From NCBI GenBank assembly GCA_038321575.1, contig JBBQFD010000001.1, positions 2,982 through 66,981 on the forward strand: a DNA stretch of 64,000 nucleotides, given 5' to 3'. Below the pieces are notes generated by a model, which did no database searches, had not been told where the DNA came from, and worked only from the letters and a program-made list of their open reading frames with translations. A program made the position numbers and the translations under genes. Source of the stretch: Bacilli bacterium (lineage in GTDB: Bacteria; Bacillota_I; Bacilli_A; RF39; UBA660). Positions 50,701 to 59,147 of this stretch are shown here, one piece after another (within the stretch, counting starts at the first letter, position 1; each line of letters begins with the position of its first letter).

Positions 50701-51339
50701 ATAATTTAAATTATAATTTAAATAAATTGTTTTGCCATTAAAATTTTCAGTCTTAGCGAGATTCGAAAAAGCCACTAAATCTTCAATGCTGTTTATATTA
50801 CATGTTGTATTTCCAGCATAGTTTTCAGTTGCTCCTGATCCGCATATAACTCCAGGATTAGAATCAACTACTTGTGAATATATAACGGTATCGCTATGAA
50901 TACCCATAATATCTGCTAAAAAGGTTGTCTCATCAAGAATTGATTCAACAATAGTTGGTTCTACATCAGTGTAATCTTTTACAACAGCAATTTGTAGGTC
51001 ATTGTTCCAAATACCCAAATAAACAACTCCTTCGTTATTTACTTCAACTTTACCACTATCAGGGAGTTTACCTTTAATATTTAATTTAATTTCACTTGTT
51101 TGAACACCATCTTCAAAAGTTACAACAAAACTAGAAACTGTCGTTTCTGTACTATTTAATTCGGCATACTTCATTTCAGCAGCTGAAACAATATTATCAG
51201 CACTTCTTAAAAAAACATCTGCTCTTGCTTTTTGAATGACACCAAAGATGGTTGGTGTTGCTATTAATGCAATAACCGACAAAATCACAATTACTGCTAA
51301 TAACTCGATTAAAGTAAATCCTCTTTTAATATTTTTCAA
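47752..51339 (-). CDS. giant class-III-signal-peptide (type IV pilin/ComGC-like N-terminus) protein with GLUG-motif repeats, 1195 aa, TTG start
   Basis: The N-terminus MKNIKRGFTLIELLAVIVILSVIALIATP is a prepilin peptidase site (G|FTLIE). The body has more than 20 GLUG motifs (NYVGGLVGF, NHIGGIAGY, NTGGIVGCN, NFVGLVTGYN) and an internal ~340-aa duplication. The start codon is TTG, preceded by AAGGGGG. Confidence 0.8.
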   Translation of the reverse strand: MKNIKRGFTLIELLAVIVILSVIALIATPTIFGVIQKARADVFLRSADNIVSAAEMKYAELNSTETTVSSFVVTFEDGVQTSEIKLNIKGKLPDSGKVEVNNEGVVYLGIWNNDLQIAVVKDYTDVEPTIVESILDETTFLADIMGIHSDTVIYSQVVDSNPGVICGSGATENYAGNTTCNINSIEDLVAFSNLAKTENFNGKTIYLNYNLNYQDDKSYINSSTIAFGDINGNTIIESLKTELTTGLGFLPINNNTYIFSGTFNGNNKFINNLYINRPTQNYVGLFAYNSGTIKDLSLSNSLITGNTYTGSIAGYNEGGKIIGAYVIDTNVIGTNYVGGLVGFLIGGSNAYISNTSYKGDVTGWCYLGLVTGYNRGSIKNVTTEGNISGQNHIGGIAGYTYNSGWPESYGYMNGYIAGVFYKKGNITAESTYNKITPTDNAGTISKAMSASDILVNGVAINGTSFYGADGSDISSSKITDINTYEITLDTIIGGDNDADGYYFDYNSSGVIIPKIANTAITMSGTGASDDPYLITNYEELNQISFSLGSYYKLMNSISFSNKYFYTLSSDNNRFTGNFNGNGKTLSNIVLNGAYNTGIFGYNGGTITSVNLTGLTISGGNCTGAMAGLNAGTISKINVTNLNVNGVSNTGGIVGCNSGGKIIGAYVIDATITGTGDNTGGIAGLLDGGLNAYVSTVSYKGNVTGVNFVGLVTGYNKGNIKSVTTEGNVTGINYVGGIAGYNHNSGWPESYGYINGYINGVIYKKGNITATSNYNKISPTGNAGTINKAMSASDILVNGVAINGTSFYGVDGSDISPSRISSINTYEITLDTIIGGDNDADGYYFDYNSSGVIIPKIANTAITMSGTGASDDPYLITNYEEFNQISLSPGSYYKLMNNINFSDKYFYTLSSDNNRFTGNFNGNGKTLNNIVLSGAYNTGIFGYNSGTVTNFNLTGLNINGDNYTGAIAGVNIGIISKINVTNTVVNGSNYTGGIVGNNTGSGSVKGMNIKTLAVTATGTHTGGVVGYNQGSSTNVSDIYVSGNIVGTTYTGLVIGYNYGNASDVMSEGNVTGTNYVGGIAGYTYDSGWPSSWGYTNGSIRGSLYRGGAIVGTANVYRISAKDNNPLSEGVALATSTINGSTVISANTYDPNGINSTAEALLETTIYTNYASFNFTDTTTLEFIWKLSGTSISVEAN
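48355..50394. repeat. ~1.02 kb near-identical tandem duplication (2 copies) inside the GLUG-pilin gene
   Basis: Long DNA stretches in 48550..48960 and 49570..49980 are near-identical at a 1020-nt offset. Protein residues about 316-655 and 656-995 are collinear with few substitutions. Confidence 0.8.
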
Positions 51340-51452
51340 AATATGCCCCCTTATTGTTATTAATAAAATTATAACATTATTTTCTGTTTTTGAAAAGAAA
51401 AAGACTAATTATTAGTCCTTTTATGATACATATAAATATAAATTTATAAAAA

Positions 51453-52205
51453 CTACTTTTTTTTATTTTTTTGAATATTATAAGTCATTTGAAGAATTAA
51501 CTTAGTTGGTACTATACGGCCAATATAATAAGCTATCTTCATGTACCATCCCGGTATAATAATTAATTTCTTCTTAAACATTTGATCAATTGCATATTTA
51601 GCAACATAACTACTTTTTAAGGGTTTCATACTAAAATCAACATTAGCTACTTTACTAAAATTAGTAGAAACTGGTCCTGGGCATAATACTGAGACTACTA
51701 CTTGAGAGTTATCTCTTTTTAATTCTTCATATAAAGCAGTTGTTAGTCTTAAAACATAGGCTTTAGTTGCATAATAGGTAGCCATTAAAGGACCTGGTTG
51801 AAATGCTGCTGCCGATGCGACATTTAAGATATAACCACTATTTCTTTTTTTCATATTTTTTAAAAATAGCTTACTCAATATATGGACAGCTTTGATATTT
51901 AAATCAATCATATCTAATTCTTTATAAATATCCGTATCATTAAATTTACCGAATAAGCCAAAACCAGCATTATTTACTAAAATATCAATCTTATCATTTT
52001 CATACATATCATAAAGTTTATTACAGTTATTTTCTTTACTTAAATCTAAAGTTACTATTTCAGTTTTACCTTTTAACTCTTTAGCAACTTCTTTTAGTTG
52101 CACTGTATTTCTAGCTACTAATACTAAATCATAACCTAGAGTATCTAAATATCTTGAGATATCACGGCCAATACCACTTGATGCGCCTGTTACTATTGCT
52201 TTCAT
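51453..52205 (-). CDS. SDR-family oxidoreductase
   Basis: TGASSGIG, NNAG and a S...YxxxK catalytic triad (YYATK) are present. Confidence 0.85.
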   Translation of the reverse strand: MKAIVTGASSGIGRDISRYLDTLGYDLVLVARNTVQLKEVAKELKGKTEIVTLDLSKENNCNKLYDMYENDKIDILVNNAGFGLFGKFNDTDIYKELDMIDLNIKAVHILSKLFLKNMKKRNSGYILNVASAAAFQPGPLMATYYATKAYVLRLTTALYEELKRDNSQVVVSVLCPGPVSTNFSKVANVDFSMKPLKSSYVAKYAIDQMFKKKLIIIPGWYMKIAYYIGRIVPTKLILQMTYNIQKNKKK

Positions 52206-52244
52206 TACAACACCTCTATAATAAGTATAACATAATTATAGCCA

Positions 52245-52272
52245 TAAAAAAATCTAGATAAACTAGATTTTT
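52245..52272 (-). terminator. terminator after heliorhodopsin gene
   Basis: The hairpin aaaatctag-ataa-actagatttt lies directly after the stop codon. Confidence 0.55.
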
Positions 52273-52278
52273 AAATTA

Positions 52279-53058
52279 TTATGGTTGCATTACTCCGAAG
52301 AATACTAACCATGCCAATACTGATTTAGCAACTAAGCTAAGAATAATATAAGCACGTTCGCCATATAGATAATCTGCCCATTTGCCTTTTTCTTTATATT
52401 GTAAGATCATATTAATTGGGAATAGATTAAAGAATACTAAATATGATCCAAATACCGCATAAACAAACCATGGTATTTGAGTAGGATCAGAATTACCAAA
52501 GGCATACATAATAACTACTATCCAAGGAATTAAGCCGGCGATTGATCCAAATATAAATGGTAACCAATCAATTTTCTTGTGATTTTGATTCATTTTTTCC
52601 ATTAATAAACCAAATAGATTCATGGTTGCATTTAAACCAAAGATCAACATTAATGACCCAATGTCTTTAACGCCGAATAATACAGCAATTAAGACAATCA
52701 TTAGTGATGAGCTAAGAGCATATTCATACCATCTAAACATATTCATATTATTACTTATTTGTTTAATGTATCCCTTATTAAATCTAGGTGATGCTACTAT
52801 AAAGTGAAACATCGCTGATAAGAATAGAAATACTGATACTAATATCCCAAATGGTAAAGTAAACAATACCTTTTGAACATTTACTAAATGCATTGTTGCT
52901 TTATCAAAAGTTAAAAAGTTTGAATATATATCTGGTCTAAAATTAGCCACCTTTGCCACATTTAACGCTACATATAGCATAAATGCTCCTTGAATAAAGT
53001 GGAAAAATCCCATAAATAAATTAAATCTTGTTAGGGCCTTAAATTTGTTTTCTAACAT
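52279..53058 (-). CDS. heliorhodopsin
   Basis: Seven TM helices are present. The 259-aa protein has FRWYEYALSSSLMIVLIA (TM3, Glu counterion) and GERAYIILSLVAKSVLAW (TM7, Schiff-base Lys), the hallmark blocks of heliorhodopsins. Confidence 0.85.
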   Translation of the reverse strand: MLENKFKALTRFNLFMGFFHFIQGAFMLYVALNVAKVANFRPDIYSNFLTFDKATMHLVNVQKVLFTLPFGILVSVFLFLSAMFHFIVASPRFNKGYIKQISNNMNMFRWYEYALSSSLMIVLIAVLFGVKDIGSLMLIFGLNATMNLFGLLMEKMNQNHKKIDWLPFIFGSIAGLIPWIVVIMYAFGNSDPTQIPWFVYAVFGSYLVFFNLFPINMILQYKEKGKWADYLYGERAYIILSLVAKSVLAWLVFFGVMQP

Positions 53059-53099
53059 AAATAACCTCCTTTAATATAATAATACCACTTTTTGCATTA

Positions 53100-53138
53100 T
53101 TTGCAAGTAAATAAAAAACCATATTTAATATGGTTTTT
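53100..53138 (-). terminator. Rho-independent terminator
   Basis: The hairpin aaaaaccatattt-aa-tatggttttt is followed on the minus strand by a U-run. Confidence 0.6.
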
Positions 53139-53144
53139 AACATG

Positions 53145-53318
53145 TTATTCTCTAAAATTTCTCTTTCCGAAAATAACGGAAAGAACAAATAGTACTAAGA
53201 ATACTAGGAATAGTACTTTAGCAATTTCAGTTGCTGCGCCGGCAATTCCTCCAAAACCAAGAATACCTGCTATTATAGCAATTATAAAAAAGGTTATTGC
53301 ATATCTAAGCATAATCAT
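53145..53318 (-). CDS. DUF1328 (UPF0391) family small membrane protein, 57 aa, not in ORF track
   Basis: The minus strand encodes [57 protein letters not shown], preceded by GAGGGGG. The 53092..53334(+) ORF opposite it is low complexity. Confidence 0.65.
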   Translation of the reverse strand: MIMLRYAITFFIIAIIAGILGFGGIAGAATEIAKVLFLVFLVLFVLSVIFGKRNFRE

Positions 53319-53380
53319 AACCCCCTCTCGTTAATGAATATAATATATGATTACATCATTACCTTAAGTATAGCATGATA

Positions 53381-54088
53381 TCACTTATAAACGAAATTGA
53401 GTTCTTTATTTATTAGTATGTATATTCCATATAAAATAGTAAACAAAGTAATTAAAAGTAGATATAACACTACAAGATACCCTATTGGACCAAATAATTT
53501 AAACATATTCTCTAAGACAGTCCCTTTTGGTCCTTCCATTAAATACATAAAATTAGCATGTGTAATTGTATTGAAAATATATATTAATGCCATAATAATT
53601 ACAGATAATATATAATATGAATATAAATCTTTCTTTGTTATTTTAAACTTATAAGTTATTAACATATAAATAGTTCCCATAACCAGCATCATATGACTCA
53701 TAATAAAGAAAATAGCTCTTAAAAGTCCTGGGTCGGGATGTAATTTCCCTGGCATTAAAGCTACTGCTAACGCCGTTGGGATTCCTATTAAAAAAGTAAA
53801 AGTAAATAACTTATTATTTGGCCATATAAGACATATAATAAGGAAAATAAAATCTAAATTGCATACATGAAGAGACAATAAATCTTGGATTTTAAATACT
53901 CCAATTGAAATATCAAATCCATATCTAACACTTCTTATCAAAATAATAGTAAGTGCTAAGAAAATCCCAATCATTCTTACTTTATCAGGATATTTTTTAG
54001 CTATTAATATAAATATAATTCCTAAAAGAATTGGTATAATCATCGATATAATATGTTCGTAACCAAATAGATTTAGATTATATATCAT
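53381..54088 (-). CDS. polytopic membrane protein, YwaF/TIGR02206-like
   Basis: Seven to eight TM helices and an LHVCNL motif are present. Confidence 0.5.
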   Translation of the reverse strand: MIYNLNLFGYEHIISMIIPILLGIIFILIAKKYPDKVRMIGIFLALTIILIRSVRYGFDISIGVFKIQDLLSLHVCNLDFIFLIICLIWPNNKLFTFTFLIGIPTALAVALMPGKLHPDPGLLRAIFFIMSHMMLVMGTIYMLITYKFKITKKDLYSYYILSVIIMALIYIFNTITHANFMYLMEGPKGTVLENMFKLFGPIGYLVVLYLLLITLFTILYGIYILINKELNFVYK

Positions 54089-54089
54089 A

Positions 54090-54878
54090 CTATTTTATAA
54101 TTCTTTCTAGTGATGATGGTACACGACCTTTGAATAATATCTTACCATCAACTACCGCAATCTTATCAAAATTTGATCCCGTTTTATTATTATATTTAGT
54201 CATTAAATTATTAACACCATTAGTAAGTGTTTGTATAGCTTCACTTGATGCTACATAATTAGTTGGAATTGGTATTCCTTGAACTGAAACAGATTTTAAA
54301 CTACCTGTTGATATATTATTAGTTACTGATCCTTCAAAACTTAAGTACAAATTAACACTACTAGGTAAAAATCCTAGAGCTGGTATCTCTTTTTTAATTT
54401 GATCTCTAGAATATTTACTGCCTAATACTTCATTTAAGAAATAATCAACATTAGCAGCTCCTGATGCTTCAATCGAACCATCATTATTAATTTTTACTTG
54501 AACATTTTTAACAGCAAAATAACTAGGGCGGTTCATATTAAGGAATGATGTTATTTCTGCACTTGTAAATGATACTTCAATTGGTTTAGCAACTCCAAAT
54601 ACATAATTGTATTTAGCCTCTGAATCACCAGTAGGTACTGCATCTTTTACATATTGTAATTTACTCATCATGCTATCATAATCAGCTTTGGTATAAGTAA
54701 CACCTAGGCTTTTAGTCCATAATAAACCAGGCATCATAAATCCTAATATCAATATAATAACAATATTAATAACTATAAAAATCATAAATCTTCTTAGAAA
54801 TTTATGTTTCTTTTTAGGTTTTGGTTTCATTGTGACTTCTACTATTTCTTCGTTTTTAATAGGTGTTTCTTGGTCCAT
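54090..54878 (-). CDS. hypothetical protein with N-terminal TM anchor
   Basis: A basic N-terminus and one TM helix are followed by an extracytoplasmic Ser/Thr/Asn-rich domain. Confidence 0.5.
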   Translation of the reverse strand: MDQETPIKNEEIVEVTMKPKPKKKHKFLRRFMIFIVINIVIILILGFMMPGLLWTKSLGVTYTKADYDSMMSKLQYVKDAVPTGDSEAKYNYVFGVAKPIEVSFTSAEITSFLNMNRPSYFAVKNVQVKINNDGSIEASGAANVDYFLNEVLGSKYSRDQIKKEIPALGFLPSSVNLYLSFEGSVTNNISTGSLKSVSVQGIPIPTNYVASSEAIQTLTNGVNNLMTKYNNKTGSNFDKIAVVDGKILFKGRVPSSLERIIK

Positions 54879-54970
54879 AACTATACCTCTTCTCTAAAGA
54901 TAATTATATTCCTTAAAATAAAATAAATCAATTCAATAAAAAATCTAACTTATTATAGTTAGATTTTTAT

Positions 54971-55132
54971 TTATTTGTTAGCTTCCTTAGCTGCTTTTGC
55001 TTTTCGATCTGCTTTAGCTTTTTCAGCTTTTGGTCCATAATATAATGAATTTAATATTTTCATTTTTTTACCAATTTTAATAACAAATTTTTTTCTTACA
55101 CCTTCTGGTAATTCTCTTTTTACTACTTTCAT
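54971..55132 (-). CDS. small basic protein (53 aa), not in ORF track
   Basis: The minus strand reads AGGAG, 9 nt, then ATG. The product is MKVVKRELPEGVRKKFVIKIGKKMKILNSLYYGPKAEKAKADRKAKAAKEANK. A perfect terminator hairpin follows at 54938..54969. Confidence 0.45.
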   Translation of the reverse strand: MKVVKRELPEGVRKKFVIKIGKKMKILNSLYYGPKAEKAKADRKAKAAKEANK

Positions 55133-55238
55133 GTAATTCATCTCCTATACGTAATATATTATATCATTAAATGTATATAAAAAACAATATTTAATTGGTT
55201 AAGTCGTAATAATATGGCTTTCCATCATTACATAAATC

Positions 55239-55730
55239 TTATTTATAAATTTTTCTTATTTTAATTGTGCTTGCACTTGTCTTAAGATTATTTAAATGCT
55301 CTATTTGCCAATTTCTTTCAGCTTCCAATATATCATCCACATTAGCGTTATCTTTATTTAAATAATATAATGCTGAAATAACATACATTGCTGATCCTTC
55401 TGAATGAGTTTTAACGTGACAAGTAGCAAGGGCATGACTACACGCTCTAGCGATTTGACATGCAACTTTATCGGTTGCCTCAAGTTCTCTAGCAACTGCA
55501 AGCGTGGGATATGTAAATTTTCTTGCATCCCACATTTTAACTTCATCACTTAGCCATTTATTTAACATATTAAGCGCATCACGAGGTCTTGTTTCATTAG
55601 GATATTTATCTTCAATTAAATATAAATACTTTGTCACACAATCAAATGCCCATCTTGCCAATAATTTTTGATCGGTATCTTTTATTAATTCAACTAATCG
55701 CGGATCATGTCGTAATTTTTTTAAATCCAT
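55239..55730 (-). CDS. hypothetical alpha-helical protein (163 aa)
   Basis: It is an intact ORF upstream of the FAD oxidoreductase. I recognise no catalytic motif. Confidence 0.5.
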   Translation of the reverse strand: MDLKKLRHDPRLVELIKDTDQKLLARWAFDCVTKYLYLIEDKYPNETRPRDALNMLNKWLSDEVKMWDARKFTYPTLAVARELEATDKVACQIARACSHALATCHVKTHSEGSAMYVISALYYLNKDNANVDDILEAERNWQIEHLNNLKTSASTIKIRKIYK

Positions 55731-55746
55731 AACAACACCTCCTTAG

Positions 55747-57126
55747 TTATTTCATTTTTCTAGCAACTTGAATACCATTCATACTGGCTTGCATTAACCC
55801 TCTAGTAATTCCAGCCCCATCACCTAGTGCATAAAGATTTTTGATGTTAGTTTCGAAATTATTATTAACCATTACTTTATTAGAATAGAATTTTACTTCT
55901 ACACCATAAATTAGCGTTTCATCATTAGCAAAACCAGGCATCATAAGATCAAGTTTTCCCATTGTTTCAATTATATCAGTCATAATTCTGGTTGGAAAAA
56001 CTAAACTAAAGTCCCCTGCCACTGCATCTTTTAAAGTTGGTTTTAATTTATTATTCATAAATTCTTGTTGACTTGTTTTTCGATAATTCTTAAAATCACC
56101 ATAGCGTTGAACCATAACTTTGTTATTAGTAAATAAATTAGCTAATTGCGCGATTGTTTTACCATATGTTACCGCATCTTCAAATGGATCTTCCATTTCT
56201 AATGAAACAAGGAGAGCAAGATTAGTATTATTAGATTTTAAGTTTTCTTGTTTATAACTGTGTCCGTTAGCAACCGCTAGATCGTTATCATAACGTTCTT
56301 CACTAACTTCACCACGAGGATTCCAACAAAAGGTACGGACTTTATCATTAAATTTATCAGTATAATTAACGATTTTGCTCTCATAACTAATGTCATCTAT
56401 TTCTTTAGTAATTTTGCTATCAACTTCAACTCGCACTCCTATATCGATAATACCCGTTTTAGATTCAATATGATGTTCATGACAAATCTTGCTTAACCAG
56501 CTACAACCATCACGGCCAACACTAACAATTACTTTTTTCGCCATATAACTTTGGTTATTAACTAATACACCATATATAATATTATCTTTAATTAATAAAT
56601 TTGATACCGGAGAATTAAATAACATATCAATTCCCATATCACTTAATTTATCTTCAATTTTAGAATATATTTCAAATGATGCTTCCGTACCTAAATGTCT
56701 AATGCCTGATTCAATGACTTTTAAACCAACTTTCTTGGCTTTTTCTTGAATACTAGGATTACCATGTTCACCATATACTTTTTTATCAGCACCAAATGAT
56801 AAATAAATATCATCCGTATATTTTAATAACGTATTAAATTCTTCTAAAGTCATATAATTAATAAGATTCCCGCCCACTTCACCATGACCATTAATACTAA
56901 GTTTACCATCAGAAAAAGCTCCAGCACCTGAAAACCCCGTTATAATATTACAAGGAACACAATTAACACATTTACCAATATGTCTTTTAGGGCATACTCT
57001 TTTTTTAATTGATCTTCCCTTTTCAATCATTAAAATATGACTTTTCGGATACAATAATTTGTATTCGTATGCTGCAAAAATACCACTAGGGCCAGCACCA
57101 ACAATTATTAAATCATATTCATTCAT
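55747..57126 (-). CDS. FAD-dependent oxidoreductase (COG2509-type)
   Basis: A Rossmann GxGxxG is present (DLIIVGAGPSGIFAA). The protein is 459 aa. Confidence 0.75.
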   Translation of the reverse strand: MNEYDLIIVGAGPSGIFAAYEYKLLYPKSHILMIEKGRSIKKRVCPKRHIGKCVNCVPCNIITGFSGAGAFSDGKLSINGHGEVGGNLINYMTLEEFNTLLKYTDDIYLSFGADKKVYGEHGNPSIQEKAKKVGLKVIESGIRHLGTEASFEIYSKIEDKLSDMGIDMLFNSPVSNLLIKDNIIYGVLVNNQSYMAKKVIVSVGRDGCSWLSKICHEHHIESKTGIIDIGVRVEVDSKITKEIDDISYESKIVNYTDKFNDKVRTFCWNPRGEVSEERYDNDLAVANGHSYKQENLKSNNTNLALLVSLEMEDPFEDAVTYGKTIAQLANLFTNNKVMVQRYGDFKNYRKTSQQEFMNNKLKPTLKDAVAGDFSLVFPTRIMTDIIETMGKLDLMMPGFANDETLIYGVEVKFYSNKVMVNNNFETNIKNLYALGDGAGITRGLMQASMNGIQVARKMK

Positions 57127-57171
57127 ATTATCACCACAAGTATTATAGCAAAAAAAACTAACTTTTTATAG

Positions 57172-57870
57172 TTAGTTTTTTTCTTCTTTTAAAATGCTAT
57201 CCAGAAACTGAACATTTATATGCTCAGCATCACAAAACGGTTTATTATCAGAATGTCCACATCTACATAAAGTAATACGGTTCCTTGGTTCTAATATGTT
57301 ACCATGCTCATCTTCAATAGTAATATCGCCTCTTACCCAAATTGGACCACTACATCCCTTTAATGGATCTTGAAGTATTACAATACTCGGATCATATACC
57401 GGTTCAATGACTTGATTAGTATTTTTATCATACATAACAAGTCTTCCTGATGGGCAATCGCAAGCTAATTTAATAGCTAACTTTTCATCTTCAGCATTGT
57501 TCGCTTCTTCAGTTAAAGTCCAAGCATTACCTTTTTTAGAATGACAAAATCTGGACAATGAACACAACTCTTCAACATCTTCCATGATAAGATTCTTACC
57601 ATAATATTTTAAAGCATCTTCTTTAAATGGTTTCATAGTAGGACTTAGGGTGCCATCAAAATGGGTTGCAACGTGAGCACCATCACAAAAAGGTGCATTC
57701 TTTGATTTACCACATCTGCACAATGCGTAAGCAGTACTAACTTCAAATTTCCTGCCTTGTTTATATATATAACCAGTCGTATTTAAATCAATGATCATTT
57801 CTTCTAATGATATATTCCCTGATACTAAATATGGGCCATTCTTGGTTATCTTTATTTTATTTATATTCAT
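57172..57870 (-). CDS. tandem CDGSH iron-sulfur domain protein
   Basis: Two CDGSH-type motifs are present: CRCGKSKNAPFCDGAH and CRCGHSDNKPFCDAEH. Confidence 0.8.
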   Translation of the reverse strand: MNINKIKITKNGPYLVSGNISLEEMIIDLNTTGYIYKQGRKFEVSTAYALCRCGKSKNAPFCDGAHVATHFDGTLSPTMKPFKEDALKYYGKNLIMEDVEELCSLSRFCHSKKGNAWTLTEEANNAEDEKLAIKLACDCPSGRLVMYDKNTNQVIEPVYDPSIVILQDPLKGCSGPIWVRGDITIEDEHGNILEPRNRITLCRCGHSDNKPFCDAEHINVQFLDSILKEEKN

Positions 57871-57918
57871 TTTTTATCACCTGATTACATTATAACAAAA
57901 AAATCTAACTTATAAAAG

Positions 57919-58311
57919 TTAGATTTTGTATATATAATAAGTTATTAGTGACACAATAGTTGATAATGAGCTTCCCCAAATCAAATCTATAATTGTAATC
58001 TTTAAAGGCCATTCTTTTAAAGTAGCTAGATTAGTAAGATCATATGTTGCATATGTTACTAATCCAAATAATAAGGCTGAAATAATTAATTGAATAACAT
58101 CTTGTTTAACAATAGCTGGATTAATTACAAAGTATACTAATCCTACTAAAAAGATTAAATAAAATATCCCTGCTGCAATTAAATTAGGGCTATTAGTCAT
58201 TAAATGTCCTATGGCATTCTTATAAAAATCTTTTGAGATTAATAAAAGCCATATACCATCAATAACTAAAAAAGCTATAAGTGCTATAAAATACATTTTT
58301 AAATAATTCAT
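57919..58311 (-). CDS. DUF2177-like small membrane protein
   Basis: Four TM helices are present. The likely start is Met10 (MNYLKMYF), giving an ATGA overlap with the upstream gene. The ORF track extends it to 58338. Confidence 0.55.
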   Translation of the reverse strand: MNYLKMYFIALIAFLVIDGIWLLLISKDFYKNAIGHLMTNSPNLIAAGIFYLIFLVGLVYFVINPAIVKQDVIQLIISALLFGLVTYATYDLTNLATLKEWPLKITIIDLIWGSSLSTIVSLITYYIYKI

Positions 58312-59123
58312 TTTCTCACTCCTTTCTTCGGAAACCAAGGAATAAACTTGCTTGTTATCTTACTATATTTTTGATATTCCTCATCATCCTTATATTTTTT
58401 TTCGAGTAATGGAACTCCTGATACAAATAATAATAAAAAAGTTATTACTATCGGACTAATTATTATTAAAAGATTTTGACTATAAGCTGCTATAAAAAAG
58501 CCCCACCATAGTAATGACTCTCCAAAATAATTTGGATGTCTGGTATATTTCCATAAACCAGTTTTCATTAATCGATTATTTTTATCTCTATTTTTTATAA
58601 AATAAGCTAATTGGTAATCACCAATAACTTCGAATAAGTATCCTGTGATCCAAATTAATATCCCAACAACATTAATTAAACTTAATTTTGTAAAAGAAGC
58701 ATTGCTATATTGCATCGGTAAAGATATAATCCACATAAACATTCCTTGTAAAATAAATATTTGGAAGTATGCTCTTATATTAACCCATTTACCCCATTCG
58801 CTTCGCCAATTAGCGTATCTAAAGTCTTCTTTCTTTCCATAATTACGTTTAAATACATAATATGAAAGTCTTAATCCCCAAAGCATTATTAGCATTAATA
58901 GAATAATGTTTTTTAAAGAGTAAACTCCAAATATTAACATCGTTATTATTGAAACTACTACAAAACCTAGTCCCCATCCAATATCAATCAAACCATTATT
59001 CTTCTTAACTCTAGCCATAATATAAAATAAATTCATATATATAAATATTATTATCGCACTTGTTAAATATACGTTCATATTATCACTCCTTTTACAAAAC
59101 TTTTTTATATTTATATTATACAC
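58308..59123 (-). CDS. DUF1295 / steroid 5-alpha-reductase-like membrane protein
   Basis: A polytopic protein with C-terminal [20 protein letters not shown]. Confidence 0.7.
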   Translation of the reverse strand: MYNINIKKFCKRSDNMNVYLTSAIIIFIYMNLFYIMARVKKNNGLIDIGWGLGFVVVSIITMLIFGVYSLKNIILLMLIMLWGLRLSYYVFKRNYGKKEDFRYANWRSEWGKWVNIRAYFQIFILQGMFMWIISLPMQYSNASFTKLSLINVVGILIWITGYLFEVIGDYQLAYFIKNRDKNNRLMKTGLWKYTRHPNYFGESLLWWGFFIAAYSQNLLIIISPIVITFLLLFVSGVPLLEKKYKDDEEYQKYSKITSKFIPWFPKKGVRK

Positions 59124-59147
59124 CTTTTATAAAATTAGTAATAATTA

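Noticed and set aside
53092-53334. 80-aa plus-strand ORF in the ORF track
   Set aside because: The opposite strand encodes a recognisable DUF1328/UPF0391 peptide with RBS and terminator. The plus-strand product is low complexity ([13 protein letters not shown]).
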